Assembly (NCBI GenBank): GCA_963676565.1
Contig: OY781089.1
Coordinates: 1,216,001 to 1,280,000 of the forward strand
From: Halarcobacter sp.
GTDB lineage: Bacteria > Campylobacterota > Campylobacteria > Campylobacterales > Arcobacteraceae
Direction of reading: 5' to 3'
Length of the DNA stretch: 64,000 nt
The translations under genes were made by a program, and so were the position numbers. The notes under the pieces are model-generated. The model saw only the letters and a program-made list of their open reading frames with translations, did no database searches and had not been told where the DNA came from. This document shows, piece after piece, positions 50,644-62,028 of this stretch (position 1 is the stretch's first letter; each line of letters opens with the position of its first letter).

Positions 50644-51776
50644 TCTACGATATAGCTATTATAGGAGCAGGGGCTAGTGGCCTTATGCTTGCAACTCAAA
50701 TAAAAAATAAAAAAATCTGTTTAATTGATACAAATGATAAAATTGGTGCAAAGATAAAAGTAAGTGGTGGAGCGAAGTGCAATATCACCAATGAAAAGGT
50801 AAGTTTTAATAATTATCTAGGAGATGAAGAGTTTGTAAAAAATACTTTATCAAAATACTCAAATAAAGATTTACTAAATTTTTTAAATAAAAATGGTGTT
50901 TATCCAAAGGTGAATCCAAAAATAGTAAAAGGAACATACTTTTGTAATAGTTCAAAAGAGGTTATAAGTATGTTTGAAAAACTTACTAGCCATGTAAAAA
51001 AATATATGAATACAAAAGTTTTAGATGTAGACTTTGATAAATACTATAAAATCAAAACTAACAAACAAGAGATTTTAACAAAAAAGCTTATTGTTGCAAG
51101 TGGTGGTTTATCTTATCAAACCTTAGGTGCAACATCAATTGCCTATGATATTGCTTCAAAGTTTGGACACACAATTAATCAAACAAAACCTGCACTTGTA
51201 GGTTTTACTGTTCAAAAAGAGCAGTTTTGGTTTAAAAACCTAAGTGGTATATCAACAATGGTTGAAGCAAAAATTGGTGAAAAAAGTTTTTATGGAAGTT
51301 TATTATTTGCCCATAAAGGTTGCTCTGGACCTGTTATTTTAAACTCCTCTTTATATTGGCAAAAAGGCAAGATGAGCTTAGATTTCCTTCCAAATAAAAA
51401 AATAGAAACCCTTTTAAAAGGTAATAAGAAAATTAGTTCAGCAATCCCTCTTCCTAAAAGATTTATGACAGAGTTTTTAAACTCAATAGAACTAGAAGAT
51501 AAAGCAGTTAGCACATTAACAAAAGAGGAAAAAGAAAAGATAAAACTTCTTAAAAATTATGAGTTTGCTCCTGCTGGAACTTTTGGATATACAAAAGCAG
51601 AGGTTACAAGTGGTGGAATAAATACCAATGAAGTAGATATTAATTCTTTTGAAAGTAAAAAACAAAAAGATTTATATTTTATTGGTGAGTGTTTGGATGC
51701 AACAGGGGAATTAGGTGGATACAATTTTCAATTATACTTTTCACAAGCATATGTATGCTCGAAGGGATTTAATTAA
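50640..51776 (+). CDS. HI0933/BaiN-family flavoprotein (true start probably upstream of 50685)
   Basis: IYDIAIIGAGASG in frame upstream of the ATG; SGGAKCN, GELGGYN. Confidence 0.85.
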   Translation: MIYDIAIIGAGASGLMLATQIKNKKICLIDTNDKIGAKIKVSGGAKCNITNEKVSFNNYLGDEEFVKNTLSKYSNKDLLNFLNKNGVYPKVNPKIVKGTYFCNSSKEVISMFEKLTSHVKKYMNTKVLDVDFDKYYKIKTNKQEILTKKLIVASGGLSYQTLGATSIAYDIASKFGHTINQTKPALVGFTVQKEQFWFKNLSGISTMVEAKIGEKSFYGSLLFAHKGCSGPVILNSSLYWQKGKMSLDFLPNKKIETLLKGNKKISSAIPLPKRFMTEFLNSIELEDKAVSTLTKEEKEKIKLLKNYEFAPAGTFGYTKAEVTSGGINTNEVDINSFESKKQKDLYFIGECLDATGELGGYNFQLYFSQAYVCSKGFN

Positions 51777-51794
51777 GTTAGTAAGATAATCTTA

Positions 51795-53768
51795 CTAACT
51801 TAAAAGATGAATAAAGTGCATATGTTTTTGATAATGGTCAACTATATCATTTCTAATACCATCTTTTGACCATCCCATAATATCGTAGTCTTGTCCACCT
51901 TCAATTAAATGAACAACGGCACAATAATATAGTTCTTCTTCTGTTCTTTCTGCTTCTTCTTTTTCTTCAATTGCAAAGCTTGGTTTAACTCTAGGTACAA
52001 CTTTGACTTTATAGATAAAGTTTTTGTTTTCTCCAAAGTTTCCTTCTTCTCCAAGAAAGACAGTTAGAGATATTCCATCATCACTTTCATTTATAGAAAC
52101 ATCTAATTCATGTTTTTTTAATTCTTCAGCAACATCAGTAATAGCAGGATATGCAATTTTTTGAATAAACCTTTTTACATTGTTTTTAGATGGAAAATCA
52201 ATTATATTACTTAACCTTGCATCCCAATCAGCAGTATTACTTGTAGTTGTGATTTGAGTTGGACTATATAATAAACTCTCTTTTTTTGCTATATCTACTC
52301 TTAAGGCTTTCATTAAACCATAGCAAGCTATTAACAGGACAATAGAAAAGGGCAGGGCACTAGCAATAGTCATTGTTTGTAAAGCACTTAATCCACCAAC
52401 TAAAATTAATATAGAGGCAATTACACCTTCTCCTACAGCCCAATAAACCCTTTGCCAAATAGGTGTATTATCATTTCCATTTGAGCAAAGCATATCAATA
52501 ACCATAGAACCTGAGTCCGATGATGTTACGAAGAATACAATTACCATAATTGTTGCTACAATTGATGTTAAACCACTAAAACTAAAGTGTTCTAAAAATG
52601 CAAAAATTGCAACAGGTACATTATCTTTTACAATTTGACCAAATTGGATAAGTCCATCATCTAAAATTAAACTAATAGCAGAATTACCAAAAAAGGTCAT
52701 CCACATCAAAGTAAATCCAGTAGGAACAAGAAGAACCCCAAGTGTAAATTCTCTAATTGTTCTACCCCTAGAGATTCTTGCAATAAATAAACCAACAAAT
52801 GGTGACCAAGAGATCCACCATGCCCAATAAAGAATAGTCCAACCACCTATCCAATCTGTTTTTTGATAAGCAAAAAGATTAAAGGTACTTTTTAATAAGT
52901 TTGAAGCATAATCCCCAACATTTTGTACATATGCTTGAAGTAAGAAAATAGTATTTCCCGCAACTAAAACAAAAAGTAAAAGTAATACTGCTAATACAAG
53001 ATTTATCTCTGATAAAATTTTGATACCTTTATCAAGTCCTGTTGTTACTGAAAGTGTAGCTAGAGCAGTTATTCCAATAATCAAAATGACTTGTGAAGTT
53101 GGGCTTACTGGAATATCCCATAAATAGTTAAGTCCTGTATTTACTTGAAGAACACCATAACCTAAAGATGTTGCAACCCCAAATAAAGTACCAATAACTG
53201 CAAAAATATCAACTGCATGACCAATAGGCCCATATATTTTATCTCCAATTAAAGGATAAAGTGCAGACCTTAATGTTAAAGGTAAATTATGTCTGTAACT
53301 AAAAAATGCAAGAATAATTGCAACAATGGCGTAAATAGCCCAGGCATGTAATCCCCAGTGAAAAAATGTAATCCTTAAAGCCTCTTTAGCAGACTCTATA
53401 GTACTTCCTTCTCCAACAGGAGGATTTAAAAAGTGCATTACAGGCTCAGCTACACCAAAAAACATTAAACCAATTCCCATACCAGCTGAAAATAACATGG
53501 CAAACCAAGAAAGATAAGAGTAATCAGCTTTAGAATGGTCAGGGCCTAATTTAATATCTCCATATTTGGAAATAGCTAAATATAAAACAGTAATTAGGAT
53601 TATTGCAACAGTTAATACATAAAACCAACTACCATTTTGCACAATAACATTTTGCAAGTTTTTAAAAAAATTATCAGCCACTTTTGGAAATATAGAAGCA
53701 AACAATGTTAATAAAATAATTATTCCAGAAGAGGTGAAAAAAACTTGTTTGTTCAATTTCGAACTCAT
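51795..53768 (-). CDS. betT: BCCT-family choline/betaine transporter (BetT-like)
   Basis: WFAMLFSAGMGIG, FHWGLHAW, WWISWSPFVGLFIARISRGRT; start MSSKL follows an RBS. Confidence 0.85.
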   Translation of the reverse strand: MSSKLNKQVFFTSSGIIILLTLFASIFPKVADNFFKNLQNVIVQNGSWFYVLTVAIILITVLYLAISKYGDIKLGPDHSKADYSYLSWFAMLFSAGMGIGLMFFGVAEPVMHFLNPPVGEGSTIESAKEALRITFFHWGLHAWAIYAIVAIILAFFSYRHNLPLTLRSALYPLIGDKIYGPIGHAVDIFAVIGTLFGVATSLGYGVLQVNTGLNYLWDIPVSPTSQVILIIGITALATLSVTTGLDKGIKILSEINLVLAVLLLLFVLVAGNTIFLLQAYVQNVGDYASNLLKSTFNLFAYQKTDWIGGWTILYWAWWISWSPFVGLFIARISRGRTIREFTLGVLLVPTGFTLMWMTFFGNSAISLILDDGLIQFGQIVKDNVPVAIFAFLEHFSFSGLTSIVATIMVIVFFVTSSDSGSMVIDMLCSNGNDNTPIWQRVYWAVGEGVIASILILVGGLSALQTMTIASALPFSIVLLIACYGLMKALRVDIAKKESLLYSPTQITTTSNTADWDARLSNIIDFPSKNNVKRFIQKIAYPAITDVAEELKKHELDVSINESDDGISLTVFLGEEGNFGENKNFIYKVKVVPRVKPSFAIEEKEEAERTEEELYYCAVVHLIEGGQDYDIMGWSKDGIRNDIVDHYQKHMHFIHLLS

Positions 53769-53952
53769 CAGTTTCCTTTTAGTAGTTTTATTAGTATACA
53801 AATTGTATACAATTTCCATTTTACAATTTTTTTCTTAATCTTCAATTCAATCATGTTGTAAGGCTTGATTTATAGGAAAAAATACTGATATAGAAAAGTA
53901 AAACCTAACCATATACTAGATACAATCTTAAAATATAAATATAAGGAAAAAT

Positions 53953-54783
53953 TTGATGCGTATTGCATTTATAGGTGATATAGTTGGTCGACCAGGAAGA
54001 AGAATAATAAAAGAGAACCTTTCAAAAATAAAAAATGAATATAATATAGATTTTGTAATAGCAAATGCAGAAAATGCAAGTCATGGTTTTGGATTAACTG
54101 TAAAAAATTGTAATGAATTATTAAAATGTGGAATTGATGTAATTACAGGTGGTAATCACTCCTTTGATAAAAAACAAGAGATGTTTGCTTTATTAGAAAC
54201 CTCTTATGTGTTAAGACCTGACAACTACCCAGAAGGTGTTCCAGGGACTGGATTAAAAATTTTTGAGATAAAAGATTCAGAAGAAAAAATAGAAAAGTTA
54301 GCGGTATTAAATTTAATGGGTCAGTTTTCTATGCCAACTGTTGAAAATCCATTTAATTGGGCAAAGAAAAAAGTTGAAGAGTTAAATCAACAAGGAATCA
54401 AAAATATTTTTGTAGATTTCCATGGGGAAGCAACAAGTGAAAAAAGAATCATTTTTATGATGCTTAAGGGTAAAGTTAGCGGAATTTGTGGAACACACAC
54501 CCATGTTGGAACCGATGACTTACAAGTTATTGATGGAACCTCTTATTTAACTGATATTGGACTAACAGGTTGTAGGGACAATATAATAGGGATGAATGAT
54601 AAAATTCCTATCCAAAAAGCTACAACAGGAATTGGTGGTCATTTTGAAGTACCAAATAACTGTAAAGCAATTTTACAAATGATGGTTTTAGAAATACAAG
54701 ATGGTAAAACTGTTGAGTCTTTTAAGTTAAAAAAATATTGTGATAGAGCTGAGATAATTAAAACTGAGGCAATCTTTGATTAA
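53953..54783 (+). CDS. YmdB/TIGR00282 metallophosphoesterase
   Basis: GDIVGRPG, GGNH, DFHGEATSEK, GTHTHV. Confidence 0.9.
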   Translation: MMRIAFIGDIVGRPGRRIIKENLSKIKNEYNIDFVIANAENASHGFGLTVKNCNELLKCGIDVITGGNHSFDKKQEMFALLETSYVLRPDNYPEGVPGTGLKIFEIKDSEEKIEKLAVLNLMGQFSMPTVENPFNWAKKKVEELNQQGIKNIFVDFHGEATSEKRIIFMMLKGKVSGICGTHTHVGTDDLQVIDGTSYLTDIGLTGCRDNIIGMNDKIPIQKATTGIGGHFEVPNNCKAILQMMVLEIQDGKTVESFKLKKYCDRAEIIKTEAIFD

Positions 54784-55438
54784 GATAAAAGATAGTTTTG
54801 ATTTATTGAAGTTTTTGAAAAATCAAAATTTATTGGAAAACTCCACTGAATTTTGGTGGCCAAATAACAATGATTTTGAAATCACTATTGGCGCAATTCT
54901 AACACAAAATACAAAATGGGAAAATGTAGAAAAATCCTTAAAAAATTTAAAAGATTTAAACCTTTTATCTTTGGATGCTTTAATCAAAATAGATATAGAA
55001 ATATTAATAGAAGCAATAACTCCAAGTGGTTTTAAAAATCAAAAATCCCATAGAATTAAATTATTTGCAAAGAACATTCTTGAAGAGTTTGGTGATTTTG
55101 AAAGTTTTCAAAAAAATGTTTCAAGAACTTGGCTTTTAAACCAAAAGGGAATAGGGCAAGAAACCGCAGATGCAATTTTGTGTTATGGATGTCATAAAGA
55201 GTTTATGGTTGTTGATAAATATACACAAAAACTTTTATTATTATTTAACCATGAATTCAATTCTTATGAAGATTTATCATCATGGTGTGAATATGGAATT
55301 AATGAAAATTTAGATAGAATTTACGAACTTTATGGATATGAAATATCTCTGAATAAGCTATATTGCAGGTTTCATGGGAAGATTATCGAATATATGAAGC
55401 AGAATAAATCAAAGAGTTTCACAAGGGTTGAAGAATGA
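54776..55438 (+). CDS. HhH-GPD DNA glycosylase (3-methyladenine glycosylase-like)
   Basis: GAILTQNTKW, KGIGQETADAIL. Confidence 0.85.
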   Translation: MIKIKDSFDLLKFLKNQNLLENSTEFWWPNNNDFEITIGAILTQNTKWENVEKSLKNLKDLNLLSLDALIKIDIEILIEAITPSGFKNQKSHRIKLFAKNILEEFGDFESFQKNVSRTWLLNQKGIGQETADAILCYGCHKEFMVVDKYTQKLLLLFNHEFNSYEDLSSWCEYGINENLDRIYELYGYEISLNKLYCRFHGKIIEYMKQNKSKSFTRVEE

Positions 55439-56226
55439 TTATTATTCCACAAACAAAAGGTGGTGTTGGGAAGTCAACAGTTGCGATGCAAGTTATTGCA
55501 CCTTATTTGTATAAAAAACATGGAAAAAAAGTAACATATATTGAGATTGATGATGAAAACAATGATAGTCAATCTTTTACAAGAACGCAAATTGTTAACA
55601 AAAGGATGTTAGGAACAAACAAACTAACTGAACTTGATGAACTAATTTTAATGGATGATAAACATGAGATTATTGTTGATGTTGGTGGAAACAAAACTTC
55701 AACTTTAGTTTTAGAAGAGATTAAAAAAGTTGGTTCTTTTGGAAATATAAAATGGATCATCCCTTTAGGTGATGGTGAACTTGATGGTAAAAATGCTATC
55801 GCTACAATGAAAAAAATCAAAAAAATTGAACAAAACATGGAAGACAATATTCTTTTTGCATTAAATAGAGCTATCTCTATGGATAAAGATTATATTGAAG
55901 AACAGTTTATTAACTTTTTTGGTCATAAATATTTAGATAGTAATTCTGTTATCTGTGATTTTGTAAAAGATCCTAAGTATTTTCCTGTTAAAAATGATAA
56001 GGTAATTACAATGAGTAGATATCTTGGAAGTACAGTTTGGGAAATGGCATACAACAATACTGACTTTGCAAAAAAAGCCATGCAGGCAAAAGAGTTAGGT
56101 GATATTGAAAGTGCAAGAAAATTTCTTTTCTTTAGAAGAATTCAAACTGAAGCAAAAGATTATGTTCTTGGAACATTAAACAAAATATTTTGTGATTTAG
56201 ATAACTGGCTTGAAATTAAAAAATGA
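55435..56226 (+). CDS. ParA/MinD-like P-loop ATPase
   Basis: KGGVGKST, IIVDVGG. Confidence 0.75.
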   Translation: MIIIPQTKGGVGKSTVAMQVIAPYLYKKHGKKVTYIEIDDENNDSQSFTRTQIVNKRMLGTNKLTELDELILMDDKHEIIVDVGGNKTSTLVLEEIKKVGSFGNIKWIIPLGDGELDGKNAIATMKKIKKIEQNMEDNILFALNRAISMDKDYIEEQFINFFGHKYLDSNSVICDFVKDPKYFPVKNDKVITMSRYLGSTVWEMAYNNTDFAKKAMQAKELGDIESARKFLFFRRIQTEAKDYVLGTLNKIFCDLDNWLEIKK

Positions 56227-56471
56227 GTGACATGACTTTTAAACAAGCTAAGGAGATAGTCGAAAGACTTGAATTAGCTGAACTTAGTTTACGAAACTCT
56301 TTTGATAATATTGATCATGCAAGAAGATCTTTGGATGATTCGCTTATTGCACAAAAAAAGATTTTAAATCAAGTACCACAAAAAGATAAAAAAATTTCTA
56401 TTTTATTTTTAATCATTATGTTAAATGTTGGTTTTATTTTAGGTCTTTTTGTTGGAAAATATTTAGTGTAG
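56223..56471 (+). CDS. Small protein with C-terminal TM helix
   Basis: Overlaps the ATPase stop codon; hydrophobic tail. Confidence 0.65.
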   Translation: MSDMTFKQAKEIVERLELAELSLRNSFDNIDHARRSLDDSLIAQKKILNQVPQKDKKISILFLIIMLNVGFILGLFVGKYLV

Positions 56472-56555
56472 GTTAATTACTTCATTTTTTGAAGTATTTT
56501 AAATTTTAGAAATTTATAAGTCTCTTTTAAATGAGACATTTTTTAGGAGTTATTT

Positions 56556-57266
56556 TTGGGAAAACAAGAAAAAATTGTATCTATGTTTAATGACATTGCT
56601 GGAACTTATGATGTTGCAAATAGAGTTCTTAGTATGGGAATTGATAAGTCATGGAGAAATAAAGCTTGTAATTTAGCCTATAAATTTTATGATAAAGATT
56701 CAATTGATAAAATTGTAGATGTAGCTTGTGGAACTGGTGATATGATTGAGTTCTGGAAAAAAATTGCAAAAAACAATGCAATTGAACTTAAAAATATTGT
56801 TGGAGTTGATCCAAGTGTTGGTATGATGGATGTTGCTAGAGTTAAACTTCCAGAAGTTGAGTTTATTGAAGCAGGAGCAGCACAAATGCCTCTTGATAGT
56901 AATAGTGCTGATATTATCTCTATTTCATATGGGATTAGAAATGTTGTTCAAAGACAAGAAGCCTTTGATGAATTTGCAAGGGTTCTAAAAAAAGGTGGCT
57001 TAGTAGTAATCTCTGAGTTTACAAAAAATGAGAAAAATTCACCACTTGATTATGTAACTGATTTTTATATGAATAAAATTTTACCAACTTTAGGTGGATT
57101 AATTTCAAGAAATAAAGAAGCGTATACTTATTTACCAAACTCAATTGATGAGTTTCTAACAACTGATAATTTATGTAAAGAGTTAAAGCAAGCAGGTCTT
57201 GAGCCAATTCATACACAAGCTTTTTCTATGAATATCTCAACTTTAATAATAGCAAGAAAACTTTAG
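56556..57266 (+). CDS. ubiE: Demethylmenaquinone methyltransferase
   Basis: YDVANRVLSMG, DVACGTGD, YGIRNV. Confidence 0.9.
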   Translation: MGKQEKIVSMFNDIAGTYDVANRVLSMGIDKSWRNKACNLAYKFYDKDSIDKIVDVACGTGDMIEFWKKIAKNNAIELKNIVGVDPSVGMMDVARVKLPEVEFIEAGAAQMPLDSNSADIISISYGIRNVVQRQEAFDEFARVLKKGGLVVISEFTKNEKNSPLDYVTDFYMNKILPTLGGLISRNKEAYTYLPNSIDEFLTTDNLCKELKQAGLEPIHTQAFSMNISTLIIARKL

Positions 57267-57288
57267 TTTTCTTGTCTTTAACAGGTTT

Positions 57289-58479
57289 TTGATGAATTCT
57301 CCAATTACAGTTTCAACTTTAAATACCCAAATTAAATCCTTATTAGAAACAACTTTTATAAATGTCTATGTTGAAGGTGAAATTTCAAATTTAACATATC
57401 ATAATTCAGGGCATATCTATTTTTCCATAAAAGATGAAAACTCAACAATCTCTTGTGTAATGTTTAAAGGAAATGCAAAATATTTAAAATTTCAATTAGA
57501 AGTTGGACTAAAAGTTGTAATAACTGGGAATATAACTGTTTATACTCCAAGGGGAAGTTATCAACTTATGTGTAATAAAATTGAACCTTCAGGTCAAGGT
57601 GCCTTAGCTTTAGCTTATGAACAGTTAAAACAAAAACTTCAAGCAAAAGGTTATTTTGAGCCTTCGATAAAAAAACAACTTCCAAGATATCCAAAAAAAA
57701 TTGCGCTTATAACATCTCCTACAGGAGCAGCAATTGAAGATATGAAAAAAGTTGCAAGTAACAGATGGCCTCTAACAAAATTTATTTTAGTACCAACTTT
57801 AGTTCAAGGTGAAGGTGCTAAAACTGATATTGTTAAATCAATAAATTATGCAAAAACTTTAGATGTTGATTTATTAGTAGTTGGACGTGGTGGGGGAAGT
57901 ATAGAAGATTTATGGGCCTTTAATGAAGAAGTTGTTGCCGATGCAATTTATAATTGTGAAAAACCTGTTGTCTCAGCAGTTGGTCATGAAATAGATTTTC
58001 TAATATCTGATTTTGTAGCTGATGTAAGAGCTGCAACCCCATCAAATGCAATGGAAATAGTATTGCCAGATGCAAATGAACATAGAATCTATTTAGACAA
58101 TTTACAAAATGAATTTACTAATAGAATAAAAAATACCATAGAAAACAAACAAAACTTATTAGATAATCTATCTAGACTTTTTGAACAAAACTCTTTAAAA
58201 ACTAGATTTAATCTAATTGAAAAAGAGATAGTTTTTATGAAAAACTCTTTTAAAACAAATTTAACACAAATTTTTAATTCTTATCAAAATGAAATTAATT
58301 CATTAAAAAATAGTTATAAAACAAATGATCCTACAAAAAAAGATTTCAAAGGTTATGTTCAAATATCTCAAAATAATGAGATAATTAACTTAGATAAAAC
58401 AAAAGTAGGTGAAAAAATAACTCTTCAAACACCTAATACAATCGCACTTTGTGAAATAAAAAAATTAAATAAACAATAA
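57289..58479 (+). CDS. xseA: Exodeoxyribonuclease VII large subunit
   Basis: VEGEISN, GRGGGSIEDLW, AVGHEID, RAATPS. Confidence 0.95.
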   Translation: MMNSPITVSTLNTQIKSLLETTFINVYVEGEISNLTYHNSGHIYFSIKDENSTISCVMFKGNAKYLKFQLEVGLKVVITGNITVYTPRGSYQLMCNKIEPSGQGALALAYEQLKQKLQAKGYFEPSIKKQLPRYPKKIALITSPTGAAIEDMKKVASNRWPLTKFILVPTLVQGEGAKTDIVKSINYAKTLDVDLLVVGRGGGSIEDLWAFNEEVVADAIYNCEKPVVSAVGHEIDFLISDFVADVRAATPSNAMEIVLPDANEHRIYLDNLQNEFTNRIKNTIENKQNLLDNLSRLFEQNSLKTRFNLIEKEIVFMKNSFKTNLTQIFNSYQNEINSLKNSYKTNDPTKKDFKGYVQISQNNEIINLDKTKVGEKITLQTPNTIALCEIKKLNKQ

Positions 58480-58530
58480 TAATTTAAGTTTACACTCGAT
58501 AGAATATCCCATTATACTCAAAGGTGTTTT

Positions 58531-60708
58531 ATGAAAAAAGACTCGATTGCTGGTAAAATTATTATTAGAGTATTGCTTGTTGCACTTGTTGTTATTGTAA
58601 TTGCTGGTGTAATTTCTTATTTCATTGTAAATTCAATGAAACAAGATGTTGAAGTAAAAACTAAAGAGCATTTTAAAGTTTTAATTGAAGAAAGAATTCA
58701 ATCAAAAATGGATGTTGCAATTTCAAATGCAGTAACTTTATCACAAAACACAGATTTACTTTTAGCTTTAGAAACAAACGATAGAAGTATGTTAAAAGTT
58801 ACTCTTACTTCTCTTACTGATACTATGAAAGATGGAACTACTTTTAACAATATAAAAATTCATGTACATGACAAAGATGTAAAATCTTTTTATAGAAGTT
58901 GGAAACCTGATAAACATGGAGATGATTTAAAATCTTTTAGGGATACAATTTTAGAGGTTAAGAAAACAAAAAAACCTCTTGCTGCAATTGAAGTTGGTAG
59001 AGCAGGACTTGTTCTAAGAGGCTTAGCACCAATATTTGATATGGATGGAAAGTATGTAGGTTCTGTTGAATTTATTCAAGGCTTTAATTCTGTGGTAAAA
59101 GATTTTGAAAAGGATGATGAGTTTTTAATTGTTTTAATGAATGAAAAATTAAAAAGAGGAGATGCCTTAACTTCACAAGATAAACTTGGGAAATACTATT
59201 TATCTCAAAAAACTTTTAACAAAGATTTTAGAGCATCTTTAGATAAATTAGATTTAAGTAAATTTGATAAAACAGGCTTTATTTCTGATGAAAACTATTT
59301 TTATTCAAGATTCCCAATTCTAGATTTTAAAGGTGAAAATCTAGGGTTTTATATTATTGCAGATCATATTGAACATGTTAATAACACATTTAATGAGTCT
59401 GCAAAATTAGTTTATATGATGCTTGGAATGATGGTTGTTTTAACACTTTTATTGGTTGTTACAATAATGTATTTCTTTAATAAAATTATTAGTGGTGGAT
59501 TAAATAAATTTAAAAAATCTTTTGCTGAATTTTTAGAATTTATTACTTTTAAAACTAATAGCTTTAATAAACCAGTAGTTTATACAAATGATGAAGTTGC
59601 TGATATGTTAAAACTTCTAAATGAAACAGCAGACGTATTCGATAAAAAATTAAAAGATGACATGAGAGTTATTGGAGAGATTGTTCTTACTACTGATAAA
59701 GTTGAACAAGGTATTTATAAATGTAGAATCCATTCATCTTCAGATAATCCTATGATTGTAACTTTAAAAGCTACTATAAATAAGATGCTTGATACGGTTG
59801 ATAAAAATATGATTGAACTTATTAGAACTGTTACAAACTATGCTAATGATGATTTTACTGATAAAGTTGAGATAAGTCCAAAATTAAAAGCTAAGATGTT
59901 AGAGGTTATGGAAAGTACAAATAAACTTGGACTTGCTCTAAGTGAAGGTGCAAAAAGAAACCTTAATAATGGACAAACTTTAGAAAAAAATGCTGATATT
60001 ATGAATAATTCAATGAAAAATCTTGCAGCAAAGGCAAATGAACAAGCCGCATCATTAGAAGAAACAGCGGCAGCTTTAGAAGAGATTACTTCAATTACAA
60101 GAAGTAATGCAGAAAATGCTTCAAAAATGGCAAATCTTGGTGAAACAGTAAAACAATCAGTTGTCTCAGGTGAATCTTTAGCAACTAAAACAGCATTTTC
60201 AATGGATGAGATAAATGATAAGGTTAGTTCAATTAATGAAGCAATTACTGTAATTGACCAAATTGCTTTCCAAACAAATATTTTATCTTTAAATGCAGCT
60301 GTAGAAGCGGCAACAGCAGGTGAGGCTGGAAAAGGTTTTGCAGTTGTAGCACAAGAGGTTAGAAACCTTGCAAGTAGAAGTGCAGAAGCAGCAAAAGAGA
60401 TTAAAAATTTGGTTGAAGATGCAAATTTAAAAGCTAATGAGGGTAAAAATATTTCTGATGAGATGATTCATGGGTATCAAGAGTTAAATACTCATATAAA
60501 TGAAACCTTACAATTAATCGAAAATGTTAGTAGTGCTAGTAAAGAGCAAATGACTGGAATTGAGCAAATTAACGACACTGTTACTATGCTTGACAGAGTT
60601 ACCCAAGAAAATGCAAGTGAAGCAAATCAAGTTAGAACTATTGCAAATGATGTATCATCAATGGCTAAAGATTTAGTTCAAGATGCATTGAGTAAAAAGT
60701 TTAATTAG
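58531..60708 (+). CDS. Methyl-accepting chemotaxis protein (Cache sensor)
   Basis: [31 protein letters not shown]. Confidence 0.95.
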   Translation: MKKDSIAGKIIIRVLLVALVVIVIAGVISYFIVNSMKQDVEVKTKEHFKVLIEERIQSKMDVAISNAVTLSQNTDLLLALETNDRSMLKVTLTSLTDTMKDGTTFNNIKIHVHDKDVKSFYRSWKPDKHGDDLKSFRDTILEVKKTKKPLAAIEVGRAGLVLRGLAPIFDMDGKYVGSVEFIQGFNSVVKDFEKDDEFLIVLMNEKLKRGDALTSQDKLGKYYLSQKTFNKDFRASLDKLDLSKFDKTGFISDENYFYSRFPILDFKGENLGFYIIADHIEHVNNTFNESAKLVYMMLGMMVVLTLLLVVTIMYFFNKIISGGLNKFKKSFAEFLEFITFKTNSFNKPVVYTNDEVADMLKLLNETADVFDKKLKDDMRVIGEIVLTTDKVEQGIYKCRIHSSSDNPMIVTLKATINKMLDTVDKNMIELIRTVTNYANDDFTDKVEISPKLKAKMLEVMESTNKLGLALSEGAKRNLNNGQTLEKNADIMNNSMKNLAAKANEQAASLEETAAALEEITSITRSNAENASKMANLGETVKQSVVSGESLATKTAFSMDEINDKVSSINEAITVIDQIAFQTNILSLNAAVEAATAGEAGKGFAVVAQEVRNLASRSAEAAKEIKNLVEDANLKANEGKNISDEMIHGYQELNTHINETLQLIENVSSASKEQMTGIEQINDTVTMLDRVTQENASEANQVRTIANDVSSMAKDLVQDALSKKFN

Positions 60709-60716
60709 GGGAAATT

Positions 60717-61121
60717 ATGGCAATTGGACAAGAAATAGTATTAGATCATAATGCTTTTTTGGTAAGTGAAACCGATGAAAAAGGTATAATAAGATTTGCA
60801 AATGATGATTTCTGTAAAGTGGCAGAGTATACCCTAGATGAATTAATGGGACAACCACACTCTATGGTAAGACATCATGATATGCCAAAAAAAGCTTTTA
60901 AATCCCTATGGGATACTGTTCAAGCAGGTGAAGTTTGGACAGGTTACGTTAAAAATGCAACTAAATCTGGTGGCTTTTACTGGGTTTATGCAACTGTTTA
61001 TCCTTTTGAAAGTTGTGATGGGTCAAAAGGGTATTTGTCCTGTAGAAGAAAACCATCAAAAAAAGAGATTGAAGAGATTGAAAAAGTATATAAAGAATGG
61101 AATAAAGAAGAAGGGAGATAA
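60717..61121 (+). CDS. Stand-alone Aer/CetB-like PAS protein
   Basis: VRHHDMPK, WTGYVKN, FYWV. Confidence 0.85.
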   Translation: MAIGQEIVLDHNAFLVSETDEKGIIRFANDDFCKVAEYTLDELMGQPHSMVRHHDMPKKAFKSLWDTVQAGEVWTGYVKNATKSGGFYWVYATVYPFESCDGSKGYLSCRRKPSKKEIEEIEKVYKEWNKEEGR

Positions 61122-61125
61122 TTAA

Positions 61126-61620
61126 ATGGAAACAAATAACACAAATCAAACAGAAGAAGAGATTTTAAATTACGCAAACACAAGTGAGTTTATGACTTTT
61201 GAATTAGGTAGAATGAAGTACGCAATTGAATTACCTAAAATTAGAGAGATTTTAACCTATCCAAAAAATATAACAGTTTTACCAAACACTACAAAATGGG
61301 TGAAAGGTTTAATTAATCTAAGAGGTGAAGTTGTTCCTATTTTAGATATAAGAATCAAATTTCAAACAGGAGAAGCTATTTATAATGATAGTACTGCTGT
61401 TATTGCTGTTATAACAAAAGATAATAGAATGATAGGTATTGTTGTTGATAAAGTTGATGATGTACAAAGATTAGATACATCAAGCTTAGCTCCTGTTTCA
61501 GATATGGGGTCAGCTATACCATCTAAATACCTAAAAGGTTTTGTTAGACTTGCAAATAATCAAATGTTAGTTGTTATGGATATAGAATCTGTAGTTCATA
61601 AAGATGAACTAAAGAATTAA
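61126..61620 (+). CDS. cheW: Chemotaxis coupling protein
   Basis: GLINLRGEVVPILD, GIVVDKV. Confidence 0.9.
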   Translation: METNNTNQTEEEILNYANTSEFMTFELGRMKYAIELPKIREILTYPKNITVLPNTTKWVKGLINLRGEVVPILDIRIKFQTGEAIYNDSTAVIAVITKDNRMIGIVVDKVDDVQRLDTSSLAPVSDMGSAIPSKYLKGFVRLANNQMLVVMDIESVVHKDELKN

Positions 61621-61636
61621 AGTAATAAAATACATT

Positions 61637-62026
61637 ATGCAAGAAAAAATTGAAAAATTAAAAAAATTAAAGCTTCTATTTGTTGAAGATGAAGAGGATT
61701 TAATTGAGATCATAACTGATACATTAAATAAACTTCAAGCAAGTTTTCTAACTGCAAAAAATGGAGAAGAAGCTTTAGGTGTCATTAAACAAAATCCTGA
61801 CATCGATGTTGTAATAACAGATTTAAATATGCCAATAATGAGTGGATTAGAATTAATCGAAAAGTTAAATGAAGATAATTTTAATAAACCTATTATTGTA
61901 ATGTCTGCACACACAGAAGTTGATTATATAAATAAAGCAAAAGAGTTTGGTGTTGATAACTATTTATTAAAACCTTTTGATTTTATAAAGTTTATTGATT
62001 TAGTTACAACAATGGATAATAAATAA
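61637..62026 (+). CDS. Single-domain response regulator
   Basis: VEDE, TDLNMP, KP. Confidence 0.9.
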   Translation: MQEKIEKLKKLKLLFVEDEEDLIEIITDTLNKLQASFLTAKNGEEALGVIKQNPDIDVVITDLNMPIMSGLELIEKLNEDNFNKPIIVMSAHTEVDYINKAKEFGVDNYLLKPFDFIKFIDLVTTMDNK

Positions 62027-62028
62027 AG

